From Camelus dromedarius (Eukaryota), in contig NC_087437.1 of assembly GCF_036321535.1 (NCBI RefSeq), positions 64,544,001-64,608,000 on the forward strand: DNA of 64,000 bases, in the 5' to 3' direction. A program made the translations under genes and the position numbers. Position 1 is the first letter of the stretch; every line of letters begins with the position of its first letter. Under the pieces are notes generated by a model. The model had not been told where the DNA came from. It searched no databases and worked only from the letters and a program-made list of their open reading frames with translations. Below, piece after piece: positions 51,911 through 64,000 of the stretch.

Positions 51911-54900
51911 TAAGTTCAACAATTTTAAAGATATTCTCTATTGCACTGTGTTTTCTGACCATCATCCATCATATAAGTAACTTAGAAATCAATTAAAAAA
52001 AAAGCTTAAAAATAAATACATATGGAAATGAGATATACACTTCAAAATAATACCTCATAGATCATGAAAGTATAACAGAAATTAGAAAATATTTAGAACT
52101 GTATAATGAAAATATCACTAATACATTTTGACCAAAAGCTAAAATAGTTCTTTAATAATAAAACCTTAAAGCTTGTATTAAGAAAAAAATAAAGGCAGAA
52201 GTTAATCAGCTAAGCATCTAACTTAAGGTAAAAGAAAATTAGAATTTAAGAATGAAAACAGAAAATAATTAAATAGAAATAAAACATACATCAGAGAGAA
52301 GTAATCAATAGCTGCTTGTCTGCAAAAATTTTAAAAATAGAGAAATCTTTGATATGACTGCTGAAGAAAAAAGAAAAGGTACAAATAAAGAATCTTAGGA
52401 ATCAAAGGAGGATGTTTAAGATCCTTTTAGATTAGAGATCTAAAGATAAGATAATAGTAGAAATAATTTTATGCTAATAAATTGAAAATTTAGACAAAAA
52501 TGTTGATTTGCTTAGGAAAAATAACTTACCAAAATTGACTGAAGAACTAGGAAATCTTGAATTTTCTAATATCTATTCAATAAGGTGAATTAGTAATTAA
52601 AAATTTGCCTACGAAGTAAACAAATAAATACAACAAGCTAAGATGATTTTACGAGTGAGTTCTACCAAATCTTCAAAGAACGGATAATTTCAGTCTTCTG
52701 GAATTATAAGCGTAAAATCTTCTGGAAAACAGAAATAGAGGGAATACTCCTCAACAGATTTTTTCAGAGTTAGTTTGGTAACCTTGATACCAAAAGTATA
52801 AAAGAGTGTAAATTAGGAAAAATGTAGACTGAATTATTTTTGTAAATAGACACTCAAATCCTAATAAAATATTAATAGATATAATTCAGCTCTATATAAA
52901 TACATCATAGTCGAGTTGGGTTTATCTCAGAAATGTAAAAATAGTTTCACTTCAGAATATCTATTAATATAACTCACCATGTAAATACATTAAAGTGTAG
53001 CTCATTTCAATATATAGAGAAAATCACATGATAAACAATTCATAAAAGAATACCTACCAGAACCCTAGGGCAAGCATCATATTTCTTGGTAAGACATTAG
53101 AGCGATTCCCTACAAAATCAGGGATGAGACAATGGATGCTTCCTATTACCACTTATCTTCAGTAGTGAATTCAAACACAGTAAAGAACAAACAAACTAAA
53201 AATGGAGAAACAAAAATGTTTTAAATTACAGGAAATAGGATTGTCTGTAAAAATCCAAGAAAATCTGGAGACAGATTATTAGAATAAAAGCATTTTGCAA
53301 GGTTTTAAGTAGAAATTATATATAAATCAAATTTCATTTCTATGCATGAGAAACTGAACATAAAGGCTTTTTTTACCTTCACAATAGCAACAGCAAAAAA
53401 TAAGATAACTAAAATTAAATTTAACAAAAGATGTATAAAAACTTCATTAAAAATTACAAAACATCACTGAAAGGCATTTAAGAAGACCTAAATAAATGGA
53501 GAGATATACTATATCCTTATTGAGAAGACTCTATATAATAGAGATGTCTATTCTCCAAAAATTAATCTTATCAATTCAATACAATTTCAATCAAAATCAT
53601 AAGAAATTTTCTTCATAGAAACAGATGTAGTTGTTACAAAATTTATATTAAGCAAAAAGATCCAAGAAGAGCCACGGCAATTTTAGAGATGTAAAATGAA
53701 GTGGAGGTGACTTGACCTACAATATATTATGAGTTATTATAGAACTACAGTAATTAAGATGTGTTACTTGTGTAGGGATAGACTAACAAACCAACTGAGT
53801 AGAATAGAAAGCTCCAAAACAGACCTGGGCCAATATGGAAACTTGAGAATATATGTATCTTATATGTATATGTATATATATATATATACACACATTTATA
53901 TCTTGAATATACATATGTATCTCAAATATGTATGTATTGAATACATATAAAAATACACTTGTATATGTATAGTTGAGACATATATCTCTCGTTTATATAT
54001 TATATATATAAATGGTATAAATATACTAAAAAAATTCTGCATCTTTTCACATTGCAGGTTTTAACGATGTCAATATTTTTATGGTACATTAAGATATTTT
54101 CAGCAAATATTTACAGTTAGAAACTAAGTACCGTTTAAAAATCAAATTTTATGTAATAAAGAATACAATTGATTTCTGATTCAAGTTTCCATGTTCAAGT
54201 CAAAACTGCTATTTGATGCTTGTCAATTTCTCCTTTTATGTCTGTTAACAATTGCCTTATATGTTGAAGTGCTCCTTGGGTGCATAAATATTTACAATTG
54301 TTCTATCTTCTTGGATTGATCTCTTGAGCATTACACAGTGATCTTGTCTCTTGTAACAGTCTTTATTTTAAATCTATTTTGTCTGTTGTCAGTATTGCTA
54401 CTTCAGCTTTCTTTTGATTTCCATTTGCATAGAATATTTTTTTCCATCCCCTTACTTTCAGCCTGTATGTGTCTCTAGCTCTAAAATGGGTCTCTTTAGA
54501 CAGCACATATATGGGTCTTATTTTTGTATCCATTCAGCCAGTCTATTACTTTTGGTTGGAGTGTTTAATCCATTTACATTTAAGGTAATTATTGATACAT
54601 ATGTTCTTATTGCCATTTTGTTAATTGTTTTGGGTTTGTTTTGTGGGTCTTTTTTTTCTCTTTCTTCTTTTTGTTTTCTTTTCTTATGATTTGATGACTG
54701 TAGAGTTACATTGGTTCATGATTATCATGAGGTTTTGGTATGGAAGTCTATATGTATATATGATTGTTTTAAGTTGCTGATCTTTTAATTTCAAATGCAC
54801 TTTAGATACCCTCTATTTGTACCCTCCTCCCCCTATGATTACTTTTCTTATTTCTAGTTGTGGCCTTTCTTTTTTTTACCTAGAGAAGTTCCTTTTATTT

Positions 54901-57311
54901 TAATATATATTTTTACTAAAGTATAGTCAGTTTACAATGTTGTGTCAATTTCTGGTGTACAGCACAACGCTTCAGTCATATAGGAACATACATATATTTA
55001 TTTTCATATTCTTTTTCACCATATGTTACCTCAAGATACTGAATATAGTTCCCTGTGCTATACAGTATGAACCTGTTGTTTGAGAAGTTCCCTTAACATT
55101 TTTTGTAAAGCTTTTCTGGTGGTGCTAAATTCTTTTAGCTTTTGTTTATCTGTGAAGCTTTTGATCTCTCCATCAAATCTGAACAAGAGCCTTGCTGGAT
55201 AGAGTATTCTTGGTTATAAGTTTTTCCCCTTTCATCACTTTAAATATACGGTGCCATTCCCTTCTGGCCTGTAGAGTTTCTCCTGAAAATAAGCTGATAT
55301 AACCTTATGGAAGTTCCCTTGTATCTTATTTGCTGTTTTTCTCTTGCTGATTTTAGTATTTTCTCCTTATCCTTAATTTTTTTCAATCTGATTACTATGT
55401 GCCTTGGTATGTTCCTCTTTGGGTTAACCCTCTTTGGGTTGTGTGGAACTCTCTGCACTTCCTGGACTTGGGTGACTGTTTCCTTTCCCAAATTGGGGAA
55501 ATTTTTGGCTATTATCTATTTGAATATTTTCTCAGGTCCTTTCTCTCTCTCTTTCTAGGACCCCTATAATGTGAATATTAATACACTTCATGTTGTCCCA
55601 GAGTTCTCTTAAACTATCCTATTTTCTTTTCATTCTTTTTTCTGTTCTGCAGTAGTGATATCCACTAATCTGCTCACTGATCTGTTGTTCTGCCTCAGTT
55701 AGTCTATTCTTGGTTCCTTCTAGTCTGTTATTCATTTCAGTAATTTTATTCTTCAACTCTGGATATTCTTTATATTTTCTAACTCTTTTGCTAAAAACTT
55801 CCCTCCATGTGTCTATACTCCTCCTGAGTTCTCTGGATATCTTCACCATCATTATTGTAAACTCTTTCTTGGATAGATTGCCCATCTCCTCATCACTTAT
55901 TTCTTCTTCTAGGATTTTATCTTGTGCCTTGGCCTGGAAGATATTTCTCTGCTGCCTCATATTGTCTAACTTTATTTGTATTTTTAGGTTTGGAGAAGTG
56001 GCCTTCTGTGGGAGATGTCCTATGTGTCCCAGCAGTACACTCCTCTCTTGTCACCCAAGGGCCAGGGTCCAGCTGGTCCCAGTGTAGAGTCTGGCCTGCA
56101 TTTGTGGATTCCTTCCACAAGCTTTGGGATTGTTTTCTTATTTCTGGTATCTGCCCCCTGGTGAATGAGGCTGGACTAGAGGCTTATGCAGGTTTCCTGG
56201 CAGGAGTCAGTGCCTGTCCACTGCTTGGTGGAACTTGGTCCTGGCCCTCTGGTGAGTAAAGCCAGGTCTTGGGGTGTGTCTAGAGGTGGTTGAGGGCTCA
56301 GGAAGTCTGATGATGGGTGGGGCTGTGTTCCCACCCAGTATGTTGTTTGGCCTGAGGCTTTCCAGCACTTAAGCCTACAGGCTATTGGGTGGGGCTAGGT
56401 CTTGGTTCTAAAGACCTAAGCAAGATATTGGCCTCCAGGAAAGTAGATGAACACTCCCTGAATGTCCACCATAACCTTTCATGTCCCCAGGGTGAGCCAC
56501 AGCCACCCCTACCTCCCCAGGAGACCTTCCAAAACCAGCAGGCAGGTCTGGCCTAGGTTCCTATGAAGTCACTGCCTCTGCCCTTGAACCCTGCATGTGC
56601 GAAATTATGTGTGCTTCCCCAGAGAGTGAAGTCTTGGTTACTCCCAGTCCCATGGGGCTCCTGGAGTTAAGCCCCACTGGCCTTTAAAATTATATGTTCT
56701 GGAGTCTCCACCTCCCAATGCTGGAGCCCTGGGCTGGGGAGCCTCACATGGGGCTCAGAACTCTCACTCCTGTAGGAGGGCCTCTGCAACTTATTCTTCA
56801 GCTTGTGGGTCAATCCCCCCACCCCAGAGGGTATATCACAAGCACGCCCCTCCTACTGTCTCGCTGTGGTTCCCTCTTTATGTTTCCAGTTGAGGAGGAT
56901 CTTTCTTGCTAGGTTCCAGTCTTTTTAACCGATGGCTATTTAGCAGTTAGTTGTGGTTTTGTTGTAGTCGCAAGAGGCCAGCTTGTGGTCCGACGACTCC
57001 ACCATCTTAACATGAAATCTAAAAAGACTAGTTGCCACTTTTAATGAGTCTTGTTATTTTAAGTAATAGCACTTATGCAACAGAAAAAATACAACAATAT
57101 ATAACTGCAAGTAAAAACTTATTTTTCATGTTTTTATGTTAATACATGTATATAATTATTATATATTTTCACCCCCATCTGTTTGGCAAAAATAAAAAAA
57201 GCCAGACATTTCCAAATGTTAGCGAGGATGTTTGGAAGAGAGAATCTTATACACTGCTTGTGGAATATAAATTGGCATAACCACCCTGGGAAATCATCCA
57301 GCAATATGTGG

Positions 57312-57886
57312 TATATTAGTTTTCTATCACTGTGTAACAAATTACCAGAAACCTAGTGGCTTAAAACACATTTATTATCCCACAGTGTCTATGGGCCAGG
57401 AGTACAGGCACAGTTTAGCTGGTTCTTCTGCTCAGGGTCTCACAAAGCTGCAATCAACATGTAAGTCAGGTCGTCTTCTTATCTGGAGGCCTGACTGGGG
57501 AAGAATCCACTTCTAAGCTTTCTCAGGTTGTTAGTGGAATTCATTTTCTTGTGGTTGTAGGGCTGAGAGCCCTGGCTTCTTACTGGCTGTCGGATGGAGG
57601 CTGTACTGTGGTCCTAGAAACCAACCACAGTTCCCTGTCATGTGGCGCTCTCCATAGGCAGTTCACAACGTGAAAGCTCACTTCTTAAAAGCCAGCAGAA
57701 GAGTGTCTAGCTCCAGTCTTTAAGATAGAGACTTAGATAGAGATATATAATAAAATGTAATCATCTTTGCTGTATTCTATTGGCCAGAAATAAGTCAAGG
57801 GTCCTACTCACCCTTGAAGGGTAGTGATTATACAGGGCAACATGAGAGGGAAAGTATCATGAGGACCCTCTCAGAATTCTGCCACA
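57312..57886 (-). mobile_element. MaLR (MLT1-type) LTR
   Basis: 'tattagttttctatcactgtgtaacaaattaccagaaacctagtggcttaaaacacatttattatcccacag' is the antisense MLT1 end. Confidence 0.75.
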
Positions 57887-59454
57887 CTGACTAAAGTTAA
57901 AGATGCACTGCCCTAGAATCTAACAGTTTCCTTGCACACACAGAGATATGTAGAAGAATGTTAATAGCATTGTTTGTAATAGCAAAACTATTGTTCTATA
58001 AATTAAACTTTAAAACTTTTAAATACAAAAAGATATAGTCAGAGAGACATTAACTAATGAAATATCATGTATGACATAACATTTTTGTGAAAGTAACGTA
58101 TATATAAGAATTCTGCTTCAGCAATGGCCTACTGTTACTGTCTTGAACAAGTCCTCCCACCACTGAGAACAACTGAACAAAACATAAAAACACATTAAGG
58201 CATTGAAGAGTACCATGGCAGTGAGAATTTGTGGGTCCAAGATTTGGAAGAAGAGAAAGAGAAGATTGAGAAGTGAGCCTGGTGTTTGCCGTTACTTTTT
58301 CACCTAAGGTGAGTGCAAATTATAAAAGCAATGGCTTAAAAACTGAGTAGAGCTTTTGGCTATCTCATGGGGCTGAGGAGGCTGGGTCAAGGAAAGAGAG
58401 GCCCTAGTAAATGCCCCAGACTTTTGGTCAAGACCCTCAAGGAATACCCTAACTAAAAGTAAGGGTGAACTGTAAGGAAACTAGTTTTCACAAACACTTA
58501 AGTCCAGCTGTTAATATCAGATCCTGATTGGAATAAAGTGATTTGCCCTCAGCTTAGCTGTGGGCAGGAATACTTGCCTCTAAGTCTCTTCCTTAGAACA
58601 CATTCTCTTTCCTCAGCCGGCTTGCACAAATTCAACTCATCCTAGAAAACACGCCTTCAGTGTGGAACACTGATACAGCAGAAAAAGATCTAGGGCGAAT
58701 GAGCTTTGTATAGCCTAGGATTCAGTGTGGTCCTCTCTTCTACTCTTGTGTTATAGAGCTACCCCATCTCTTTCACCTTGCTTCTCCATGGGTGTTTTAG
58801 TTTGATTTGATAAACTATGTCATATGTGAGACTTTTTCTGTGACCTCTGCTTGGCTGACTTCAGTCTTTCTTTTGAAGCCACTGCTCACAAAGAATCCCC
58901 CCCCCCCCCAATTGCATCAAATTTAACAGTAACAATTATTTATCCCAAATTTTCGTTTAAGACCATTTATTGAGCGTAAAGCAACTATTTGTGTTTCATT
59001 TAATTTCTTAAAGGTTTTTGATACTGACCATACATTATCAGGTAAACAAGATGGGAGAGAACTAAATAAATAAATACCTCAGAAGCTTCCTCAAACGTGC
59101 TGCATGTGAATGCCTTAGACATGAGGCGCTGACTTCTAACACTTTTGTAATAATCCCTTAGCCTTCATTCCTTACATTATTCATTCAGTTAACCTGTATT
59201 AGGTAACAACACTGTGAGAGGCAAGAAATACACAGAGGTGAGCGAGGATCCATTGGCCCTGGAAGAGCTTCGAAGACAAGTTTGTAGGCATAACTTTGCA
59301 TCTCAACCTGATAAGTACCGTTTCCCTGTCACTCCAGCGTGACTCTCTAACCTCTGCCTCTGTGAACCTCCTCAATCAGACCTTCTCCCTGACCCCGGAC
59401 TCTCCACTGGTTCCGGGCTAACCGTTAGCATTTCCAGAGAAAGACGGTTGGAAG

Positions 59455-59535
59455 ACTACATCTCCCAGCAGCCTCTGCAGCAGGGCGGTGGAGGGTGCGC
59501 GCAGGCGCGCGGTCCAGCCCCCGCGCGCAGGCGCA
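59455..59535 (+). promoter_or_regulatory. KPNA1 housekeeping promoter: ZNF143/THAP11-type motif and two NRF1-like sites
   Basis: ACTACATCTCCCAGCAGCC (59455-59473); GCGCAGGCGC at 59499-59508 and 59525-59534. Confidence 0.75.
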
Positions 59536-60290
59536 TTGCGAACGCCGGCTGAGCTAGGTCTCGCTGTGCTGGGTGCGCGGCGGTCGAGAGCGAGGCCTGG
59601 TGATCACCGCCGAGGCGCGAGTCTGCTCTTCGAGGTTGTGTGCGGCAGAGGCACGGCGGGCGAGCGAGCGAGTCAGCGGCTTACCCCAGCAGTGGCACCG
59701 GGATCGGTTGCCTTAAGCCTGGTAAGTGCGGGGCCCCGGCGGCCCCCAGCCCCTCCCCCTCCCGCTGGCGGATCCGGCAGTCCTCAGCGGGACCCGGGAG
59801 AGGCCCGCGGCGAGGGCGGGCGCCGTCTGTGCTCGAGCTCTGGTTCCTGGGCCTGGGCGCTCGCGGCGCCTCCGTGCGTCACCGGCCCGGCTGTCCTAAC
59901 GGCCGCGCGGCCAGCCTAAGGGAGGGTGGGGGCGGGGAGCGCTGGTGTGCTCGCCATCGGGAACCGCGGCCGGGGCGGGGCGGGGCGGCGGCGGGGCTGG
60001 AAGCGGCGCCGGGGACTGCGGGGCGCCGAGGCAGCGGGGCGGAGAGCTGGGAGCGCGGAGCCAGCGCCGCGGCCAGGCGCGAGCGCGCGGGGGGCGGGGG
60101 TGGGCCGCGCAGAGTGCTGTGACTGAGGCTGGAGAGAGCAGGGGGCGACGTGTAAAGATCCTAACCCGGGCAAGAAGGGACCGTCTCGGGAATTCACAAG
60201 TTACTGCTCCAGCCGGAGCCGGTGGTTTGGAGGGAGGTGGGGAGGTGGCGGGGGGCGGGGGTGGAGACGGACGACTGCAGTTTACAGATG
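59480..60290. promoter_or_regulatory. CpG island
   Basis: Very high GC and CpG density with GC boxes. Confidence 0.95.
59550..59721 (+). other. KPNA1: KPNA1 (importin alpha-5) non-coding exon 1; start approximate; intron 1 runs past the window end
   Basis: Donor ctg|gtaagt at 59721/59722; same strand as and downstream of PARP9, matching PARP9-KPNA1 synteny; no coding exon in the window, so the identity is by synteny and recalled 5' UTR. Confidence 0.75.
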
Positions 60291-63286
60291 TCATAACATG
60301 GGCCTGAAGAGGCTGACAGGGGTGTGGTAATTATAGGAATGACAGAACTTCGTCTGCACATAGCGTGTGTCAGTGGTGATGCGAGGGAAGCGGCGAAGTA
60401 TTAGATTAAGCTCTAAAGGGGAGGGGAAAACAAGGATGACTGGAGTCACGGAAGTCGTCATGAAGGAATGTTTTAGGTTTGAATGGAAGTATTTAATGTT
60501 CCACTTTTGAGTGAACGACTTCAAAAGAATTGATTTTTAAACTTTAAGATTAGAATAAACAGTTTGGAAGTATTTTTTTCTAAAACATCCTATTAAATAA
60601 TATTTCTAACTTTTTCAGTCCTTTTTTCCTTTAATAAACACTTCCTTCAGAACCCCTGTTTGTTTACAGGAGGCTTGTAGGTGATTCCTCCCCCTCTTGT
60701 TGCTTCAAAACTCATTCATGACTTTTTTTTCTTCTTCTTCTTGCATTTGAAATATTTTGAAAGTAATTCACAATCGCTTCTCTTTCCATTGTAAAGATTG
60801 AAGAGATGAAATTTTAACTTTTCAAAGGAAAGTGAGAATAAACTCTATTGTACTTTTGCTGAAATAATCTATTCTTGGAAGGCACTTTAATGTGTAATAC
60901 CTGATTTAAGGTGGAGGATATGAGAGAACCTAAAGGAAGTAACATTTATTGAGCTCCTTTACAGGTATTTTGCTAAATGCTTTTAGTGTATTAAAGCATT
61001 TAATATTTAACTCTGAAGATGTTATTTTTTCCTTTCTACAGATTAAAGCTTTGAAGGTTAGAGAAGTTAAGTAACTTAAGGTCATCCAGCTCTTGTTGGA
61101 ACCAGCCTTAGAACCAAAATCACTGCCATTTTAGAAATTATTTCTTCTTTCCTTTCATATTTCTTTGTTGTGTTTTCTTTATTTGGTCCATTAATTCAGC
61201 GAATTCTTGGAGTGTTCATGGAGTATGTGAGACTGGGGATGTAAATGTGATCAAGACACTGTTCCTGTCCTCATGGAATTTATAGTGTAGAGGGGAAGAC
61301 TGACAAATAATGACTAAATATTGACTGCATGACATTTTATCAGTCATTACAATTGAGCAAAAACTATAGTAAATAGCAAAGGAAGTTCAGATGGACTCAG
61401 ACAACAGAAACCTCCAGGAGTTTACAGTCTAGTGGGGAAACAAAACATATATTTATAAAAACCTAGAATAAACTAAGTGATAAAAATTAATGCCTCATCT
61501 GAAGTCAGAATATTTACATTATGTTACTTTAGGTCCTTGTAGAAGTTTCTTCACAGAACTATGAATTAATATTTTGCACTTTGATTTTTATCTAGTATTG
61601 GAACATTATTTATTTATTGATCCTTATAAAATAGAAACCTTAGAGAAAAATTCTTTTTAAGACCCCCGTAATACATTTTTGTCTTTTCTTTCTTTGGGTT
61701 TTAAACAAATGACTGCTTTTATTAGATCGTTTGTATTTTGTAAGCCATCCTATTTCTCTTTATGCTTTGGCTGTGAGGAGGTTCAGAGCTGTGTTCAGTG
61801 TTGGTAATTTTTATAATTTTTATTAGCCTCAACTATGTTATATGTTATGTCAGATAGTCTGGAATTGCTCTCAGTTGTTTCCTGGACTATTTGTTGTTGT
61901 TGTTCTTTCTTTCTCTTGATTCTTTTACCTTTTCCCTCATTTCAGAATAGGGATTATATATTATTTTTATTTCCATTATTTTAGGATAATATTTATTGAA
62001 TTAGATGATAAAGCCTTGATGATTTATGATTTTGTATTTTTAAGTCTGTCAGATTGTTTCTAGACGTACGTATGAATACTTTGTATAAAATCAATTAAGA
62101 CTTTTGGCCATGTAAGTAAAGATGACTGACAGTGATAAAGATAATTCCCCATTACTCTCTTTAAGATTTATGTACTTTGCAAGGTATTCTGAATTTAGCC
62201 ATAATAATGGAAGAAAACATTGGAAATGGTAAACAATTAAATTAGCCGATTAAGGCTGATTTCACTCTATTCTTGCTGTAGTAAGCAGGAGGTGGCCCCA
62301 GGCCAGCAAGGGGCCAGATAGGACCCTGGTAAAAAATTTTGAGGCCTTGCAGTGAAAGGGCAAGAATGAAGACTGATGGAACATACAGTTTTTTTGTTTG
62401 TTTTTAAAGATGATATAACCCTACAAGACAGATGTAAGTGATAAAATGGTTCTGATCTAGTGTAGTAGACTAATTGGGACAGTTCCTGAAAGCAGGCAGT
62501 AATCCAGAATGTGGATAATAGGGATAATCTACTTCACATAGCAAGAATAATGCTGCCCTTCATATACAAAGATAAGTCTGCTTACTCATCATGATTGATT
62601 TTCCAGCATGAGGAGGGATATGTGCTGAGTTGTCCATGAGTCTCTGTACTCTCTGACCAACAAGGCTGCTTGGGAACAGAATGGGAGTTTGTAGCTAGGA
62701 AAAAGAAGACAAGCAGAAGGTACTAACATTTATTGATGGATCAAGCACTACATCAGGTACTTTCACTTAATTATTGTAAAAGCACTTTGAGAAGGTGAGG
62801 TACATGTAGAGGGTAGTTAGGTAACTTGTCCTACTTCACAGAGTAAGTGGTAGAGTTAGGATTCAAACACAAGGCTATTTGTACAATGTTAACATCAAAC
62901 ATTAGAGCTTGATTTTGTCTTGGTTTGCAGTTCATTCTCTCCAGCAGAACAAACTAAAAATGTAGTTTGTTTAACATCATGAAATGATATTGTGAAGACC
63001 TAATTTACTGAAAGCTGAAAGGCTGTATGAGTTCCTTGCTTTATTGCCATTAAAAAATACAAATTTTAAATTAGAATAATATGTAAAAAACAACTGTCTT
63101 CTGTCCCAGCCTCTGCACTTTGGAGGCTACCATTTTCTTTTAGCTATTTCCTCTTTCATATTTATGAATCATTTGCTTCTCTTGCTATTTCTTGATATAC
63201 CAGTTTTGGACATTATCTATTGACTTTTGTCCACACATATGTACATTACCTCTCCCATCCTTTCAATATAATTATCACAGGTGTTT

Positions 63287-63484
63287 CTTTTTTTCTTTAT
63301 TTTATTTTTTACATAAAAAGTTCAGTAAAAATTGGATAAAGTAAAGTGATTTTAAGCAGTAAATCAATCTTAACGGCATAGCACAAGGCTGGCTGAAACC
63401 ACAAGGCACCCTGCCTTGGAATATTTACATGATAACACATTAAACCTTGCAGGAGAACTTAAAACATTCTTACAAAGTCTTCCT
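63287..63484 (-). pseudogene. Retrocopied mRNA 3'-end fragment (source gene not identified)
   Basis: 15-bp TSD ttatcacaggtgttt at 63272-63286 and 63485-63499, T-rich tail at 63288-63310, ~175 nt non-repeat-like body. Confidence 0.75.
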
Positions 63485-64000
63485 TTATCACAGGTGTTTA
63501 TTAAGTTATCATTCAGTTATAACAAATATTTATAGCTGAACCATGCAATGTATTGTATCATTTCTTCTCTTAACCAGTTTGGTTTTTCCAGGAGTAATAC
63601 CTTTTTTCCCCCTTCTGTATCCATGAGACAGCTATCCTGGAACCTCTGTCCTTTTAATGCAATCTGGACTGGTTACTTTTTAGGCCTGCTTCACAGCTGT
63701 TATCCTGGAACTTCTCTTTATGTCACCCTTAAAACTCTCAATGCCCTTCTCTCTACTGGATTTCCTATTTTCCATATTTTCTTAACTTCCAGAGGAAGGG
63801 TACCTGGGAAGGAAAAACCTTCTGAGATCTTGCATGATTAAAAAAAAAATCTATTCTACCTTAACATTTCATCAATAATTTGAGTATAAATTTCTAGGCT
63901 TAAAAAGTTTGGAAGTCATAGCTCTGTTGTTTTCTGCATTCTAACGTTGCTGTTGATGTCCAAAGCCATTCTCATTCTTGATTTGTGTGTGACCTTCCCC

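Larger units (their letters stand above)
49860..57010. mobile_element. Nested L1 block: antisense 3' piece (~49990-50830), sense 3' UTR (~50990-51340), old sense ORF2 (~51350-53840), antisense 5' UTR/ORF1 (~54215-57010)
   Basis: ORFs 55240-55491 and 55619-55960 (minus) resemble L1 ORF1p (VQEVQRVP...NPKRNIPRHIVIRLKKIKDKEKILKSAREK); ORF 50480-50662 resembles the ORF2p C-terminus; all disrupted. Confidence 0.85.

Noticed and set aside
55240..55960. Host gene or active L1 ORF1
   Set aside because: Fragmented by frameshifts and stops; decayed L1
59488..60307. Several overlapping 66-160 aa ORFs
   Set aside because: Ala/Gly/Arg/Pro-rich products expected from a CpG island

Overview
Mammalian genomic DNA, very likely camelid judging by a lineage-type tRNA-derived SINE at 28262-28407. 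It covers the interferon-inducible macro-PARP/Deltex cluster. Left to right: (1) decayed 5' exons of a PARP14-like paralog at the PARP15 position (minus strand, exon 1 at ~9471-9653, RRM exons at 3999-4231 and 3688-3915, with frameshifts and stops); (2) an intact 5-exon DTX3L (minus, 736 aa); (3) a short bidirectional ISRE/GAS promoter at ~21840-21970; (4) PARP9 (plus, 10 coding exons); (5) the CpG-island promoter and non-coding first exon of KPNA1. The main surprise is PARP9: it has an in-frame TAG at codon 51, 27 codons before an ATG at the start of macrodomain 1, and a C-terminus shortened by TGA, while the rest of the frame and all splice sites are intact. The remainder is mostly L1, L2, MIR, MaLR/ERV LTR and MER repeats, plus several small TSD-flanked retro-insertions. 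Gene identities and human comparisons come from my recall of the human proteins, not from a database search; repeat subfamily calls and boundaries are approximate.
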